A stretch of DNA of 64,000 nucleotides from Waddliaceae bacterium. Lineage in GTDB: Bacteria > Chlamydiota > Chlamydiia > Chlamydiales > SLFE01. The notes below the pieces were generated by a model that did no database searches, was not told where the DNA came from, and saw only the letters and a program-made list of their open reading frames with translations. The DNA lies in the NCBI GenBank assembly GCA_963783885.1, contig CAWAPJ010000008.1:64001-128000 (forward strand), written 5' to 3'. A program made the position numbers and the translations under genes. Shown piece by piece: positions 46,486 through 56,953 of this stretch. The first letter of the stretch is position 1, and each line of letters begins with the position of its first letter.

Positions 46486-46900
46486 TAAGCTGCTCAGTCT
46501 CATGAATTTCGTCGAGTATTTTTTCCAGCACCCTTAGAACAAGCCAGGAAGTGTTATAGACGCCGGATGTCACAAAGGCCATCTCCAGGGTAGGCAGCGG
46601 TTTTTTATTGAGGGCGATGAGAACGCTTGTCCTTTGATCTTTTTCATCCTGATTCGGGACAATCCATACAATGAATTCATCGTTGATAAGAGTGATTTTT
46701 TCTTGGGTTTCAACGACATGAAAATAACGTGTAATGACCTCATCTTCGATAGATCTGACATCGGAAAAATGAAGTAAATCCATGTCCTTTAATATCTTAA
46801 GATTTATATCTAAAATTCCTTCATGCAGCAAATGAGGCAATTTTCTTATAAATCTCTTGTAACACTCTTCTATGACGGATAAATTATGCATATTTGTCAC
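46460..46900 (-). CDS. Conserved chlamydial hypothetical protein
   Basis: 146-aa ORF (FHVVETQEKITLIND, GVYNTSWLVLRVLEK) convergent with rsbW. Confidence 0.7.
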   Translation of the reverse strand: MTNMHNLSVIEECYKRFIRKLPHLLHEGILDINLKILKDMDLLHFSDVRSIEDEVITRYFHVVETQEKITLINDEFIVWIVPNQDEKDQRTSVLIALNKKPLPTLEMAFVTSGVYNTSWLVLRVLEKILDEIHETEQLIRSYQEAA

Positions 46901-47024
46901 CTAAAAGCTCATTCTCAAATCTTTCTAATTATATTTTACACTATAAGCAAATAATATGCCACTCGATGGATTTGCCTTAATTATCTCAAATAGGCTATGA
47001 TAGGTGTTTTCTTAAGGCGAGAAT

Positions 47025-48125
47025 ATGGTGATTAGACGTTTTTTTTACTTTTCCTTGATTTTAAGCGCATTTTGGCAGTGCGCGCTATCCGGTCAGCAGG
47101 CTCCGCTGATCTTTGAAAAAGAGAAGCCAAAGCCCCAAATTCGCATTCATAACAGGGTGCTTGCGAAAGTGAATCAAAAGCCGATCACAGTCCTAGACCT
47201 CATGAAAAAGATGGATATGGTCTTCTATCAGCAATATCCGCAATATACCTCAATCCCGGAGCTTCGTTATCAGTTTTATATGGTCAGCTGGAAGCAGGTT
47301 TTGGAAGAGCTGGTGGATAAAGAGCTGATAATGGCAGACGCAGGCGAGGTGCATATGGAGGTCAGCGGCGCCGACATCCGGCAGGAAATGGAAGAGCTTT
47401 TCGGGCCGAATATCATTTTAAACCTGGATAAAGCCGGCTTGACCATGACCGAAGCGATGAAGATTGTCGAAGAAGAGATTACTTTGCGGCGCATGATGTA
47501 TGTGAGGGTGCAGTCGAAAGCGATCAAGGATGTTACGCCTCAGGAGATACGGCGTGCCTACGACCGCTACATTCAAGAGTATGAACCTTCCGACCAATGG
47601 CTGTACCGCATTATCACAATTCGCGATCCCGATCCCAAGAAGCTAACCAAGATTGCAGACAAAATCAGCGAAAAAATAAACGTAGAATCTGTCAGCATTG
47701 ATGATGTCTCTTTATGGGTAAAAGGCATCGAAGGGGTGAATTTGTTCACTTCGGTAAAAGTCTCTGACCTCTACGAGCAAAACGACAAAGACCTTTCTCC
47801 CAAATACCGGCAGCTTTTGAGCGGGCTTGCTCCCGGCCGGTATAGCCTCCCGCAGAAACAGGTCAAGGAGAATGCCGAAATTTACAAAATTTACTTCCTT
47901 GAAAATTATGTCGCCGACAATCCTCCCGAGTTTTATGATATGGCGTCGAAGTTGAAAAAAGAACTAATGATGAAAATTGCGGATGCGGAAACCGCCGAAT
48001 ATAAAAAGCGCCTCAGAAAACAATTTCCCGTATCCTTGATAGACAATTTAATCTCCAATAATTTTGAACCGTTCACACTTGAGGCCAATGGGAAGAAAAT
48101 TGAAATTCCTCTCCCTAACAGCTAA
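47025..48125 (+). CDS. SurA-like periplasmic chaperone
   Basis: Signal peptide; NRVLAKVNQKPIT SurA-N pattern; upstream of ksgA. Confidence 0.7.
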   Translation: MVIRRFFYFSLILSAFWQCALSGQQAPLIFEKEKPKPQIRIHNRVLAKVNQKPITVLDLMKKMDMVFYQQYPQYTSIPELRYQFYMVSWKQVLEELVDKELIMADAGEVHMEVSGADIRQEMEELFGPNIILNLDKAGLTMTEAMKIVEEEITLRRMMYVRVQSKAIKDVTPQEIRRAYDRYIQEYEPSDQWLYRIITIRDPDPKKLTKIADKISEKINVESVSIDDVSLWVKGIEGVNLFTSVKVSDLYEQNDKDLSPKYRQLLSGLAPGRYSLPQKQVKENAEIYKIYFLENYVADNPPEFYDMASKLKKELMMKIADAETAEYKKRLRKQFPVSLIDNLISNNFEPFTLEANGKKIEIPLPNS

Positions 48126-48997
48126 TGTATAGGCCGTCCGATCTTCACAGACTTCTTAAGGAATGGGGCGCACAGCCGAAAAAAAGCCTTTCTCAAAATT
48201 TTCTCATCGACGGCAATATTATCCGCAAGATTGCGGATGCGGCAAATGTGCAGCCGGGAGATTTTGTTCTGGAAATCGGTCCGGGCCCGGGTGCGTTGAC
48301 GCAGGATCTTTTGCAAAGAGGAGCCCGCGTGATCGCTGTTGAAAAGGATCGGGTGCTTGCAAACAGATTGACAAGGCTGCAAGGGGAACTGACAGTTTAC
48401 AATGATGATATCCTCGAGTTTGATTTTGCCCAAAAACTCGATCCCTTTTTAAAAGGCCAAAAGGCCAAGGTCATCGCCAACCTGCCGTATCACATCACCG
48501 CTCCTATTCTTACAAAGTTTGCATGCATGCATGATCGAATCGATTCAATGGTGTTTATGGTGCAGCATGAAGTGGCCAGGAGAATGACAGCAAATCCGGG
48601 AAGCAAGGATTACGGATCTTTAACGCTGTTTTTGAATTATCACTGTCTGGCCGAGTACGTTTTCAAAGTGAAGCGCACCTGTTTTTACCCGGTACCGAAA
48701 GTCGATTCCGCCGTTGTGCGTCTGCAACTGAGGGACCCCCCTTCTGTTTCAGATCCCGAAAGTTTTCTCAATATTGTTCGCCAAGCATTTGAAAAGAGGC
48801 GGAAAATGCTTCGCAATTCTTTAAGCGGCGAATATGCCCCGGAGGCTGTTGTTCGGGCTTTGGAGCAAAGCGGACTGAATCCCAAGGCTCGCCCCGAAGA
48901 ACTTTCTCTCGATCAGTTCATCCGATTTTATGAACAATTACGGGCCTCTATTCACCCACCACATGCGGAAAATAATGAGGAAGGCTATGGCGATTGA
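48125..48997 (+). CDS. rsmA: 16S rRNA adenine dimethyltransferase
   Basis: KKSLSQNFLID, LEIGPGPGALT, ANLPYHIT, FYPVPKVDSAV. Confidence 0.96.
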   Translation: MYRPSDLHRLLKEWGAQPKKSLSQNFLIDGNIIRKIADAANVQPGDFVLEIGPGPGALTQDLLQRGARVIAVEKDRVLANRLTRLQGELTVYNDDILEFDFAQKLDPFLKGQKAKVIANLPYHITAPILTKFACMHDRIDSMVFMVQHEVARRMTANPGSKDYGSLTLFLNYHCLAEYVFKVKRTCFYPVPKVDSAVVRLQLRDPPSVSDPESFLNIVRQAFEKRRKMLRNSLSGEYAPEAVVRALEQSGLNPKARPEELSLDQFIRFYEQLRASIHPPHAENNEEGYGD

Positions 48998-50215
48998 GAC
49001 AAAGCCATACTCTGCGATGGAGGACCTTCCCTTGAAGAATCTTCGGGCACTTTCGGCAAAAGAATGCCCGATGTTTTTTTGAGCCAAAAGAGGAACTCGT
49101 TTCAGGATTTTTCTTTGGCTGTCAGCGAAGACGATCTCTCCTACTTTCTGATCTTTGGCGACGGGCAGCGCCAGGTTTTTCACCCATACGAGCCAGGCCT
49201 TGACATCGGGGTCTTCTCCTTTGTGGTATTCGAGCCGATAGTTCTCCCGGGAATGAGTATGAATGGGACCCGAAGCTCCCTTCAATTTTAACGTATACCT
49301 CTGTGGTCCCGATTCCAGGAGTGTTTTTGCAAGCTTGGGCTGTTTGAAAGCTTCTTCAAACAGGGCTACGGCGTCTTCAAAATTGTGGCGCCTTTCTTTA
49401 GCGTGCATGAGAACAGCGATCAAAGTGCGGTCTTTATATTCGGCTGCTGCAACAAGGGTTTCTTTGGCGTGGGAGCCATGCCCGGTTTTAATGCCAATGG
49501 CCTTGTCATAATAGTAATTCGACGAGGGTCTTATCAGTTTATTCGTCTGCACGAGGGTCACAGGGTTTTGTTTGTTTGTTTTCGGGCGGCGGTATTTTTC
49601 CGTTGAAACGATTTTCCGAAAAACAGGGTTTTCCATGGCCTTTTTGGCAATCAGGGCCATGTCATAAGCCGTGGTGATGTGATCGGGATGGTGATGGCCA
49701 TGAGCGCAGACGAAATGAGTGTCTTTGGCCCCAAGGTTGCCCAGATAATTGTTCATCTCACCGATGAAACGGTCGACCGAACCGTCACCGGCATACTGGG
49801 AGATCACATTGGCAGCATCGTTTCCCGAAGCAATCATCATGCCGTAGAGGAGAGCTTCGAATGGCAGGGATTCACCCGACTTAATGCCGATATGAGAGCC
49901 GCCGACTTCGATCCAATGGGGATTGATCTTGAAGTTGGCCCTTTCCCTTTGTTTTTCTGTGACCGAAGCGACGGCCTCTCTTTTCGCTTCGATCATTTCA
50001 TCCAGATGATCCCCTTTTTTTTCTAGGGCATAGAGGGCGGTGGCGATTTTTGTGATGCTGGCGGGGTAATGGGGATCATGGGAATTTTTATCAAAAAGAA
50101 TCGCACCAGTTTCGGCATTGATGAGAATAGCGGAATCGGCCCTCACATCGATATCGAGCTGTCCATGCAATGCGGAGAGCAAGAAGCATAATGAAATTAT
50201 GAGATAGCGAAACAT
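48938..50215 (-). CDS. D-alanyl-D-alanine carboxypeptidase (S11)
   Basis: PASITK (SxxK), SGNDAA (SxN), GIKTG; C-terminal TM anchor. Confidence 0.93.
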   Translation of the reverse strand: MFRYLIISLCFLLSALHGQLDIDVRADSAILINAETGAILFDKNSHDPHYPASITKIATALYALEKKGDHLDEMIEAKREAVASVTEKQRERANFKINPHWIEVGGSHIGIKSGESLPFEALLYGMMIASGNDAANVISQYAGDGSVDRFIGEMNNYLGNLGAKDTHFVCAHGHHHPDHITTAYDMALIAKKAMENPVFRKIVSTEKYRRPKTNKQNPVTLVQTNKLIRPSSNYYYDKAIGIKTGHGSHAKETLVAAAEYKDRTLIAVLMHAKERRHNFEDAVALFEEAFKQPKLAKTLLESGPQRYTLKLKGASGPIHTHSRENYRLEYHKGEDPDVKAWLVWVKNLALPVAKDQKVGEIVFADSQRKILKRVPLLAQKNIGHSFAESARRFFKGRSSIAEYGFVSIAIAFLIIFRMWWVNRGP

Positions 50216-50225
50216 ATTTGAGATA

Positions 50226-51365
50226 TTACTTCACCGGCTTTTTAAATGCCACACCGTAAAAGCCGTCCATTTCCCCTTTTTGGGGAAGGCTTTGAAACGG
50301 CTCGTCTGCGAGCTGAAGGCCGTAAGTGTTTAGAAAATGATCGAGCTGGTTTTGATTCTCTTCTTGCAGCAGGCTGCAGGTGGCATAGACGATATGGCCG
50401 CCCGGTTTGACAAAGCTGAGCCCGCGTTCAAAAATGACTCTTTGCTCGGCGGCCAGGCGCTCGAGCATTTCATTTGTGAACTTCCATTTCATATCGGGAT
50501 TCCGTCTCAGTGTCCCTGTTCCCGAGCAGGGGGCGTCGACTAAAACCCAGTCCATTTTTTTCTTCAGCTTGAAAAGCCTTTGCGATCCGGCATTGATGAC
50601 TTGCGCATTTTCCACTCCGGCCCTTCGAAGCCTTTTTTTTGCCTCTTGCAAAGCTCTTTTGCGAATGTCGTGAAGATATATTTGTCCCCGGTTTTTCATT
50701 TCTGCGGCAACAGCCAGAGATTTTCCTCCCGAGCCGGCGCAATAGTCCATAAACTGATCGCCGGGTTTTGCGCGGACCAGTTCGGCTAAAATTTGACTCC
50801 CTTCATCCTGAACTTCGAAATACCCTTTTTTAAATTCATCTAAGCTGAAGAAATTCATTTTTTTATCGAAAATGATACCGTTTCTTGATGTAGCTGCCTT
50901 TCTGACGGGAAGATCTTTCCACAATCTGAGAAGTTCGCATCGCGAGATTTTCAGAGTGTTTGCCCTCACGAAAGTCGGGGCCTGCCGATTAGACTGTAAG
51001 CAAAGCTCGACAGCTTTAACCTTTCCGAAAGAGAGGGTCAGGCGGTCGAAAAGATCTTTAGGAAAGCTAACGCAGCTGTGAAGCGGCAGCGATTCCCGAT
51101 AATAAAGAAGAGGATTTTCAAGACGGCCTTTCACACTTTGATATGTCTTCAGACGCTCTTCCCACGTCGTTTTTTGAGAAAGGGCGTCTAAAAGTCCCAG
51201 CCACCGAACCATATCATAGGCGGTTTGGGCGACAAAGGCGCGGTCTTTTGATCCCAATGCCTTATTGGAACGAAAGTAGTGATTCATCAGAAGATCGAGC
51301 GGCAAAGATTGCCGGCTATACTCGTCTAGCATTTGGAGGAGGTGAAATTGTCGAAATGGGATCAT
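50226..51365 (-). CDS. RsmB/NOP-family RNA cytosine-C5 methyltransferase
   Basis: EVQDEGSQ, DYCAGSGGK, LVDAPCSGTG, YATCS. Confidence 0.92.
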   Translation of the reverse strand: MIPFRQFHLLQMLDEYSRQSLPLDLLMNHYFRSNKALGSKDRAFVAQTAYDMVRWLGLLDALSQKTTWEERLKTYQSVKGRLENPLLYYRESLPLHSCVSFPKDLFDRLTLSFGKVKAVELCLQSNRQAPTFVRANTLKISRCELLRLWKDLPVRKAATSRNGIIFDKKMNFFSLDEFKKGYFEVQDEGSQILAELVRAKPGDQFMDYCAGSGGKSLAVAAEMKNRGQIYLHDIRKRALQEAKKRLRRAGVENAQVINAGSQRLFKLKKKMDWVLVDAPCSGTGTLRRNPDMKWKFTNEMLERLAAEQRVIFERGLSFVKPGGHIVYATCSLLQEENQNQLDHFLNTYGLQLADEPFQSLPQKGEMDGFYGVAFKKPVK

Positions 51366-51443
51366 GCATCCATTATAACAGAAAAGAATTATTGGCAAAT
51401 TAAACACTTGTGTGTAAATACTTATTTTTAAAAGGGGCCATCA

Positions 51444-52571
51444 ATGCAGCAGACCAATATTTATACAAAAAAGAATTCAGGCGACTATTTCAAGGACAAT
51501 TGCCGCGATAGTCTGACCGGAAAATTACTTGGGGAAGGGTTTGCATCTCATGTCTCCAATTTCAAAACCGAGGAAGTCGTCATTAATTTTGCAGACAAGT
51601 CCCTAATCGGCACGGTCAATGATAAAGAGTATGACAATTCTCCCATTTGCTCGCCAATCAATCTTTTTTGCTACTATCCCAAACAGCGTCTGCAAAATGT
51701 CAAACCTGGCTGGCTCAAACATCTTTTAACGGCCTTCACTTCGATGTTTTCCCTGGTTTTTAAAAAGGCGAAGTTTAACAGGGTTGTCCAAGTGAATAAT
51801 AAGCCTTCCGATGCAATTGCTTATCCCGGGCTCAGCTTGCGCGAGGTCCGAAACTGTTTGCAAAACCTTATTTCTCACTTTCCAAACCATGCGATTATTT
51901 TTCCCAGAATTGATAAAGTTTCTTCGAAAGAACTTTATGAAAATTTATTGAAGGCGGGATTTTGGATGGTGCCCACCCGCACCGCTCATATCTACTTTCC
52001 CGATGGCAGCCACTTCAAAAGAAGCCATACGAAAAGGGATTTTTCTTTTTTAAAAAAACAGGCCTACACATTTGTGCCGCATAAGCAGATTTTTGAAAAC
52101 GACCTTGAACGGATTCATGAGCTCTATCAATTGCTTTTTTTGGAGAAGCACAGCAGGGAGAATCCCGATCTGACACTCAAATTCTTTAAGGAAAGCCACC
52201 GGCACTGTTGGTACAATTTCTTCGGAATCAGAAATGAAGAGGGGATAATCGATGGATTTTTAGCCTATGAAGTTCAAGACGGGGTCATGGCCTGCGGCCC
52301 TTTGGGGTACGACACGTCGATGCCGCAGGACAAGGGGCTGTATCGAATGATATTCGCCCATAGCTTAAAAATCGCTGAGGAAAACGGCTGGATATATAAC
52401 TTTGGCGGGGGCAATGAAACCTTCAAAATGAATCGGGGAAGCCATCGTGCAATCGGATATACTGCCGTTTATTGCAAGCACCTTCCTCTCTATCGACGGT
52501 TCCCCTGGTGGGTTCTCGGCAGGCTGGGTCATAAAATCACCGTCAAAATCTTAAAGTCCGTTTTGTTCTAA
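51444..52571 (+). CDS. GNAT/FemAB-like fold hypothetical protein
   Basis: LYQLLFLEKHS..NP, GYDTSMPQDKGLYR, GGGNETFKMNRG. Confidence 0.6.
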   Translation: MQQTNIYTKKNSGDYFKDNCRDSLTGKLLGEGFASHVSNFKTEEVVINFADKSLIGTVNDKEYDNSPICSPINLFCYYPKQRLQNVKPGWLKHLLTAFTSMFSLVFKKAKFNRVVQVNNKPSDAIAYPGLSLREVRNCLQNLISHFPNHAIIFPRIDKVSSKELYENLLKAGFWMVPTRTAHIYFPDGSHFKRSHTKRDFSFLKKQAYTFVPHKQIFENDLERIHELYQLLFLEKHSRENPDLTLKFFKESHRHCWYNFFGIRNEEGIIDGFLAYEVQDGVMACGPLGYDTSMPQDKGLYRMIFAHSLKIAEENGWIYNFGGGNETFKMNRGSHRAIGYTAVYCKHLPLYRRFPWWVLGRLGHKITVKILKSVLF

Positions 52572-52606
52572 CAATTTAATTACAAGCTCTTCTATAGTAA
52601 ACAGAC

Positions 52607-53953
52607 ATGGAAGCGAAACTGACCAACGGTCCTGTCGGCAGAACTTTAATGAGGCTCACAAGCCCTATGGTATGGGGTCTGCTGGCTGTCATCTCGCTTA
52701 ACCTCGTCGACACGTATTTCGTCGCCAGGCTCGGTACAAAAGAACTTGCCGCGGTCAGTTTTACTTTTCCCATTGTGATGATTTTAATGAACCTGACGCT
52801 CGGCCTTTCAATCGGCGCCGGCTCCGTCATTTCCCGTGCCATAGGCGGGGGAGACAAAGAGAGAGTCAAGAGACTGACATCCGACAGCCTCATTTTTGTT
52901 TTCTGTCTTATGTTGGTTTTGATGTATCTCGGACAGATTTCAATCAGTCTTCTTTTCGGCCTTATGAACGCACCGCAGGATCTCCTCCCTTACATCCAGT
53001 CTTATATGAGGATCTGGTATTACGGGCTTCCGCTTATGGCAGTGCCGATCATCGGTAATGCAGCCATCAACGCCACTGGCGATATGAAGCTTCCCGGATT
53101 GATGATGCTGGCCGCCGCACTCATCAATCTCATTATGGATCCTTTGCTGATCTTTGGCTATTGGGGATTTCCACGACTCGAAGTTGCCGGAGCTGCGCTG
53201 GCGACTCTGATATCGTATGGGACGGCCTTTTGTATTTCTCTTTTGGATCTTAGGTTAAGGAAGAAGATGCTGACCTTTCACCTTAAATTCTCTGAAATGA
53301 TCGAATCCTGGAAAGACCTTCTTCGGGTAGGGCTTCCCGCCGCCGCTTCGCAAATGATTGTCCCTTTGACCAGTTCGATTACGGTATGGATGCTGGGATT
53401 TTTTGGTCCGGCCGTAGTCGCGGGGTATGGGGTTGTTTCCAGGCTTGAGGCTTTTTCTTTAATCGTTGTAATCGGCATGGCAACCAGTTTGTCTGCCTTC
53501 GTCGGCCAGAATTGGGGAGCAGGGCATTACCAGAGAGCCTTGAGGGGAATTAGGATCGGGTATGTGTTTGCCGTTTTGTGGGGGCTGATCATTGCGTTTG
53601 TCCTTTTTATGGGTTCACAGTTTCTCCCTAAATTTTTCAATCCCGATCCCGACGTTGCCGGAACTGTGGCTCAATATCTCCTTTACGTCCCTTTAAGCTA
53701 CTGCGCTGCAGGGAGCCTTTTTGTGACCAATTCCTATCTGAATGCTATCGGAAAATCGCATGCCGTGGCGATTATCTCTTTGCTCAGGTATTTTGTGCTC
53801 TATCTCCCTCTCGCCATACTCGCCATGTCCTATATCGGCCCCATAGGGATTTTCGGGGTCATCTCTCTGGTCAATTTCGTTGCCGGAATCGGGGCTTATT
53901 TTTGGGGAAAGAGCTTCCTGGCCAAAAAGATTGATCTGCTTGCCTCTTCTTGA
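52607..53953 (+). CDS. MATE family efflux transporter
   Basis: NLVDTYFVARLG, ATGD, NLIMDPLLIFG..GFPRLEVAGAALAT, GQNWGAG. Confidence 0.93.
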   Translation: MEAKLTNGPVGRTLMRLTSPMVWGLLAVISLNLVDTYFVARLGTKELAAVSFTFPIVMILMNLTLGLSIGAGSVISRAIGGGDKERVKRLTSDSLIFVFCLMLVLMYLGQISISLLFGLMNAPQDLLPYIQSYMRIWYYGLPLMAVPIIGNAAINATGDMKLPGLMMLAAALINLIMDPLLIFGYWGFPRLEVAGAALATLISYGTAFCISLLDLRLRKKMLTFHLKFSEMIESWKDLLRVGLPAAASQMIVPLTSSITVWMLGFFGPAVVAGYGVVSRLEAFSLIVVIGMATSLSAFVGQNWGAGHYQRALRGIRIGYVFAVLWGLIIAFVLFMGSQFLPKFFNPDPDVAGTVAQYLLYVPLSYCAAGSLFVTNSYLNAIGKSHAVAIISLLRYFVLYLPLAILAMSYIGPIGIFGVISLVNFVAGIGAYFWGKSFLAKKIDLLASS

Positions 53954-53985
53954 TATAATGATAACTTTCTTTAGGGAGGAAATGA

Positions 53986-54384
53986 ATGAAATTTTTTCAA
54001 TCGATACTGATGCTTATCGCACGAATTGCGATCAGCGTCATCTTTTTTGCCGCGGCATATGATAAAATTACCCATTGGGAGACGACAATCAGCGATATGG
54101 CCTTAAAAGGAATCGGGCAGACATCTATATTTTTATTTTTAGCTTGCATGATCGAATTTATTGGCGGGCTTTCTCTTGTCTTCGGGTTTAAAATTCGATG
54201 GGCCGCCGGGATATTAGCTTTATTTTTAATTCCCGTAACTCTCTTATTCCATAATTTTTGGAGTTACAGCGGAGCCGAAGCCAGTCTGCAAATGATTATG
54301 TTCATGAAAAATCTTGCCATATTCGGAGGGCTTCTCTACGTGTTGGTATCCGGCGCAGGATTCCTCTCTGTTGATAAAAAATGA
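53986..54384 (+). CDS. DoxX family membrane protein
   Basis: EFIGGLSLVFG, FHNFW, FMKNLAIFGGLL. Confidence 0.9.
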   Translation: MKFFQSILMLIARIAISVIFFAAAYDKITHWETTISDMALKGIGQTSIFLFLACMIEFIGGLSLVFGFKIRWAAGILALFLIPVTLLFHNFWSYSGAEASLQMIMFMKNLAIFGGLLYVLVSGAGFLSVDKK

Positions 54385-56009
54385 CAACAATTTTATTTGT
54401 TTTATCCTTTTTGATAGCTGCCTTCGGGCAGCCTAACTTGATTCCCTGGATCGGCCTCATAGCCGCAATTTGCGGTTTCACCCTCTTTTTTCGTCTTCTG
54501 CTCGAGATACCCTCCTGGAAAAAGCGGTTTTGGCTGGGAACGCTGTGGTTTTCTCTCGTTCAGATGGTTCAGCTCTACTGGTCGCTTGGGCATCCCTTTT
54601 ATTATATTTATCTTGCCTACGCCCTCCACGTTTTTTTTCTCGGGCTGCAATTCGGCATTCTTTCCCTTTTCATAACACCTGAGAAAATCCGGAAAATTCG
54701 CTTTATCTTAGGGCTTTCGGGATTATGGGTTCTTTTCGAATGGTCACGCCTTTATTTTTTTTCGGGCCACCCCTGGAATCCTGTCGGTCTTTCCCTTAGC
54801 AGCAGTCTTTATGCGCGTCAGTTCGCTTCGTTCTGGGGAATTTACGGGCTGACCTTTTGGGTGATGCTTGTCAATCTGTTCTGTTTGAGAGCCTGGTATC
54901 GTTTCAATCTTTCCGGATGGGTCTCGGCCGCAGCTTTAGTCCTTGTTCCTTATCTTTACGGATTTATCCACCTCCAAACTCATTCTTTACAGGATCATGA
55001 AAACCTCACAAAAGTCGCTCTCATTCAAACCAACTTTCCCATTGAAGAATCTTTAGGCAAAGATAAAAACGACTTTTTTTCTCTGATTAAAAGCGAATGG
55101 CGCCAGATACTTGAACTGGGAAAAAAAGTTCAGGGCAAAAATGTCGATCTTATTGTTCTTCCTGAGCTTGTCGTTCCTTACGGCACCTATTTTCTCGTTT
55201 TCGACTATGAGGAAACTGTTCAGGCGTTTCGGGAAATTTTAGGTCCTGAGGCCGTCGAAAAACTTCCAGAAAAACGGCAGCATCTTGCTATGGAGGTTGA
55301 TGGAAAGTGGCTGGTTAACAATGCCTTTTGGGTTCAGGGGCTTGCCAACGCTTTAGAGGCGAATGTGATAGCAGGCCTCGAAGACCGCGATTATCTGGCT
55401 GAAGGGGAGTATCGAAATTACACTGCAGCTTATATGTTCAAACCCCAAAGATATTCCCTTCAACGTTATGAAAAAAGGGTTCTTGTTCCCATGGGGGAAT
55501 ACATCCCCTTCGCTTTTCTCCGGGATCTTGCGGCAAAATATGGAGTGTCGGGATCTTTTTGCTGCGGAAAATCTGCTAAAGTTTTCCACGGCTGCAAAGT
55601 TCCTCTTGGCATTTCCATCTGTTATGAGGAAACCCTAGGCCATATGATGCGCGAAAATCGCCTGCAGGGAGCCGAAATGCTTGTCAATATCACAAACGAC
55701 GGATGGTTTCCCGATAAAGGGTTGGCAAAAAGCCATCTTGAACATGCAAGACTCCGCCCTGTTGAAATGGGCATTCCACTAATCCGCTCCTGTAATACCG
55801 GGGTGACCTGTGCTATAGACTCCTTTGGACAGGATATCGCTGTGCTTGGATCCACACCGTATGAACAGGAACACGCGCAAGATGTTTTGATCGCCGATGT
55901 TCCCGCATACACATACCGGACTCCCTATACATGGTTTGGGGATCACCTGATCATCGCACTGAGCGCGGTACTTTTTGCCTTCGCTGTTTGCAGCGGTCTA
56001 TTCAAATAG
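54381..56009 (+). CDS. lnt: Apolipoprotein N-acyltransferase
   Basis: GHPWN, LIVLPE, YEKRVLVPMGEYIP, ICYEE, NITNDGWF, RSCNTG. Confidence 0.95.
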   Translation: MTTILFVLSFLIAAFGQPNLIPWIGLIAAICGFTLFFRLLLEIPSWKKRFWLGTLWFSLVQMVQLYWSLGHPFYYIYLAYALHVFFLGLQFGILSLFITPEKIRKIRFILGLSGLWVLFEWSRLYFFSGHPWNPVGLSLSSSLYARQFASFWGIYGLTFWVMLVNLFCLRAWYRFNLSGWVSAAALVLVPYLYGFIHLQTHSLQDHENLTKVALIQTNFPIEESLGKDKNDFFSLIKSEWRQILELGKKVQGKNVDLIVLPELVVPYGTYFLVFDYEETVQAFREILGPEAVEKLPEKRQHLAMEVDGKWLVNNAFWVQGLANALEANVIAGLEDRDYLAEGEYRNYTAAYMFKPQRYSLQRYEKRVLVPMGEYIPFAFLRDLAAKYGVSGSFCCGKSAKVFHGCKVPLGISICYEETLGHMMRENRLQGAEMLVNITNDGWFPDKGLAKSHLEHARLRPVEMGIPLIRSCNTGVTCAIDSFGQDIAVLGSTPYEQEHAQDVLIADVPAYTYRTPYTWFGDHLIIALSAVLFAFAVCSGLFK

Positions 56010-56071
56010 GTTGCTCAAAATCGGATTTTTACCTATTATTACCTCTTTTAGACACTATTATTAGCTTTTAC

Positions 56072-56953
56072 GTGGTAGTTTTAGATCCAGAATTAGAAAT
56101 CCTTACACGAAACCAGCGAACACTTTCACAGCCGGTTGAATATTCGGGTATCGGCATTCATTCAGGAAAGGAGGTGACAATTCGGTTTTGTCCGGCTGAA
56201 CCCGGAACCGGTGTCTTCTTTCAAAGGATCGATCTGCCCGGAGAGCCGACGATCAAAGCCTCTGTTGATAATGTCATCGACACGACAAGAAGCACTACGA
56301 TAGGGGGATTGGGAGTCTTTGTCAGTACTGTCGAACATGTTCTTGCGGCGATCAAAGCCTATGATATAGACAATGTTTTGATACAAGTATCGGATAAAGA
56401 GCCTCCAATAGACGATGGAAGTTCGCAGATTTTTGTCGATATGATCGAAAAGAGCGGCATCAAGCAGCAAAATCAACCGGCTCCGATCATTAAAATCAAA
56501 CATCCGGTTTATTGGTCCCGCGGCGACGCCCACCTAGTCGCCCTCCCGTACGAGGGGTTCAGGGTCAGCTACTCGCTGCACTATCCTGACGACAAAGCTC
56601 TTCAAAATCAATTCTTTTCCTCATTAATCACTCCGGAAAATTTTAAAAACAACATGGCTTGCTGCCGCACTTTTTCCCGGTACGCCGAGTTGGAGTATCT
56701 GATTGACCGCGGATTGATCAAAGGGGGAAGCATGGCAAATACACTTGTTGTCAAAGATAATGTTGTTTTCAGCAAAGGGGGGCTTCATATAAAGAACGAA
56801 ATGGCCGGGCATAAAGCCCTGGACCTGGTTGGAGATTTAAGCCTTCTCGGCTATAGTTTATACGCCCATGTGATTGGATACCGGACAGGACATGAAGCGA
56901 ATGTTTTATTTGCCAAAGAATTACTTAATTCCATTATGACGGAGAAAAAATAA
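56072..56953 (+). CDS. lpxC: UDP-3-O-acyl-GlcNAc deacetylase; start codon approximate
   Basis: QRTL, GIGIHSG, TVEHVLAA, HKALDLVGDL. Confidence 0.95.
   Translation: MVVLDPELEILTRNQRTLSQPVEYSGIGIHSGKEVTIRFCPAEPGTGVFFQRIDLPGEPTIKASVDNVIDTTRSTTIGGLGVFVSTVEHVLAAIKAYDIDNVLIQVSDKEPPIDDGSSQIFVDMIEKSGIKQQNQPAPIIKIKHPVYWSRGDAHLVALPYEGFRVSYSLHYPDDKALQNQFFSSLITPENFKNNMACCRTFSRYAELEYLIDRGLIKGGSMANTLVVKDNVVFSKGGLHIKNEMAGHKALDLVGDLSLLGYSLYAHVIGYRTGHEANVLFAKELLNSIMTEKK

Noticed and set aside
48938..48997. Convergent 3' overlaps (rsmA/dac, trxA/trmL, rsbW/hypothetical)
   Set aside because: Short tail overlaps are common in compact genomes, and no further signal was seen
55931..56071. Long N-terminal extension on lpxC in the ORF track
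   Set aside because: Overlaps lnt and is not LpxC-like; the true start is probably near 56072
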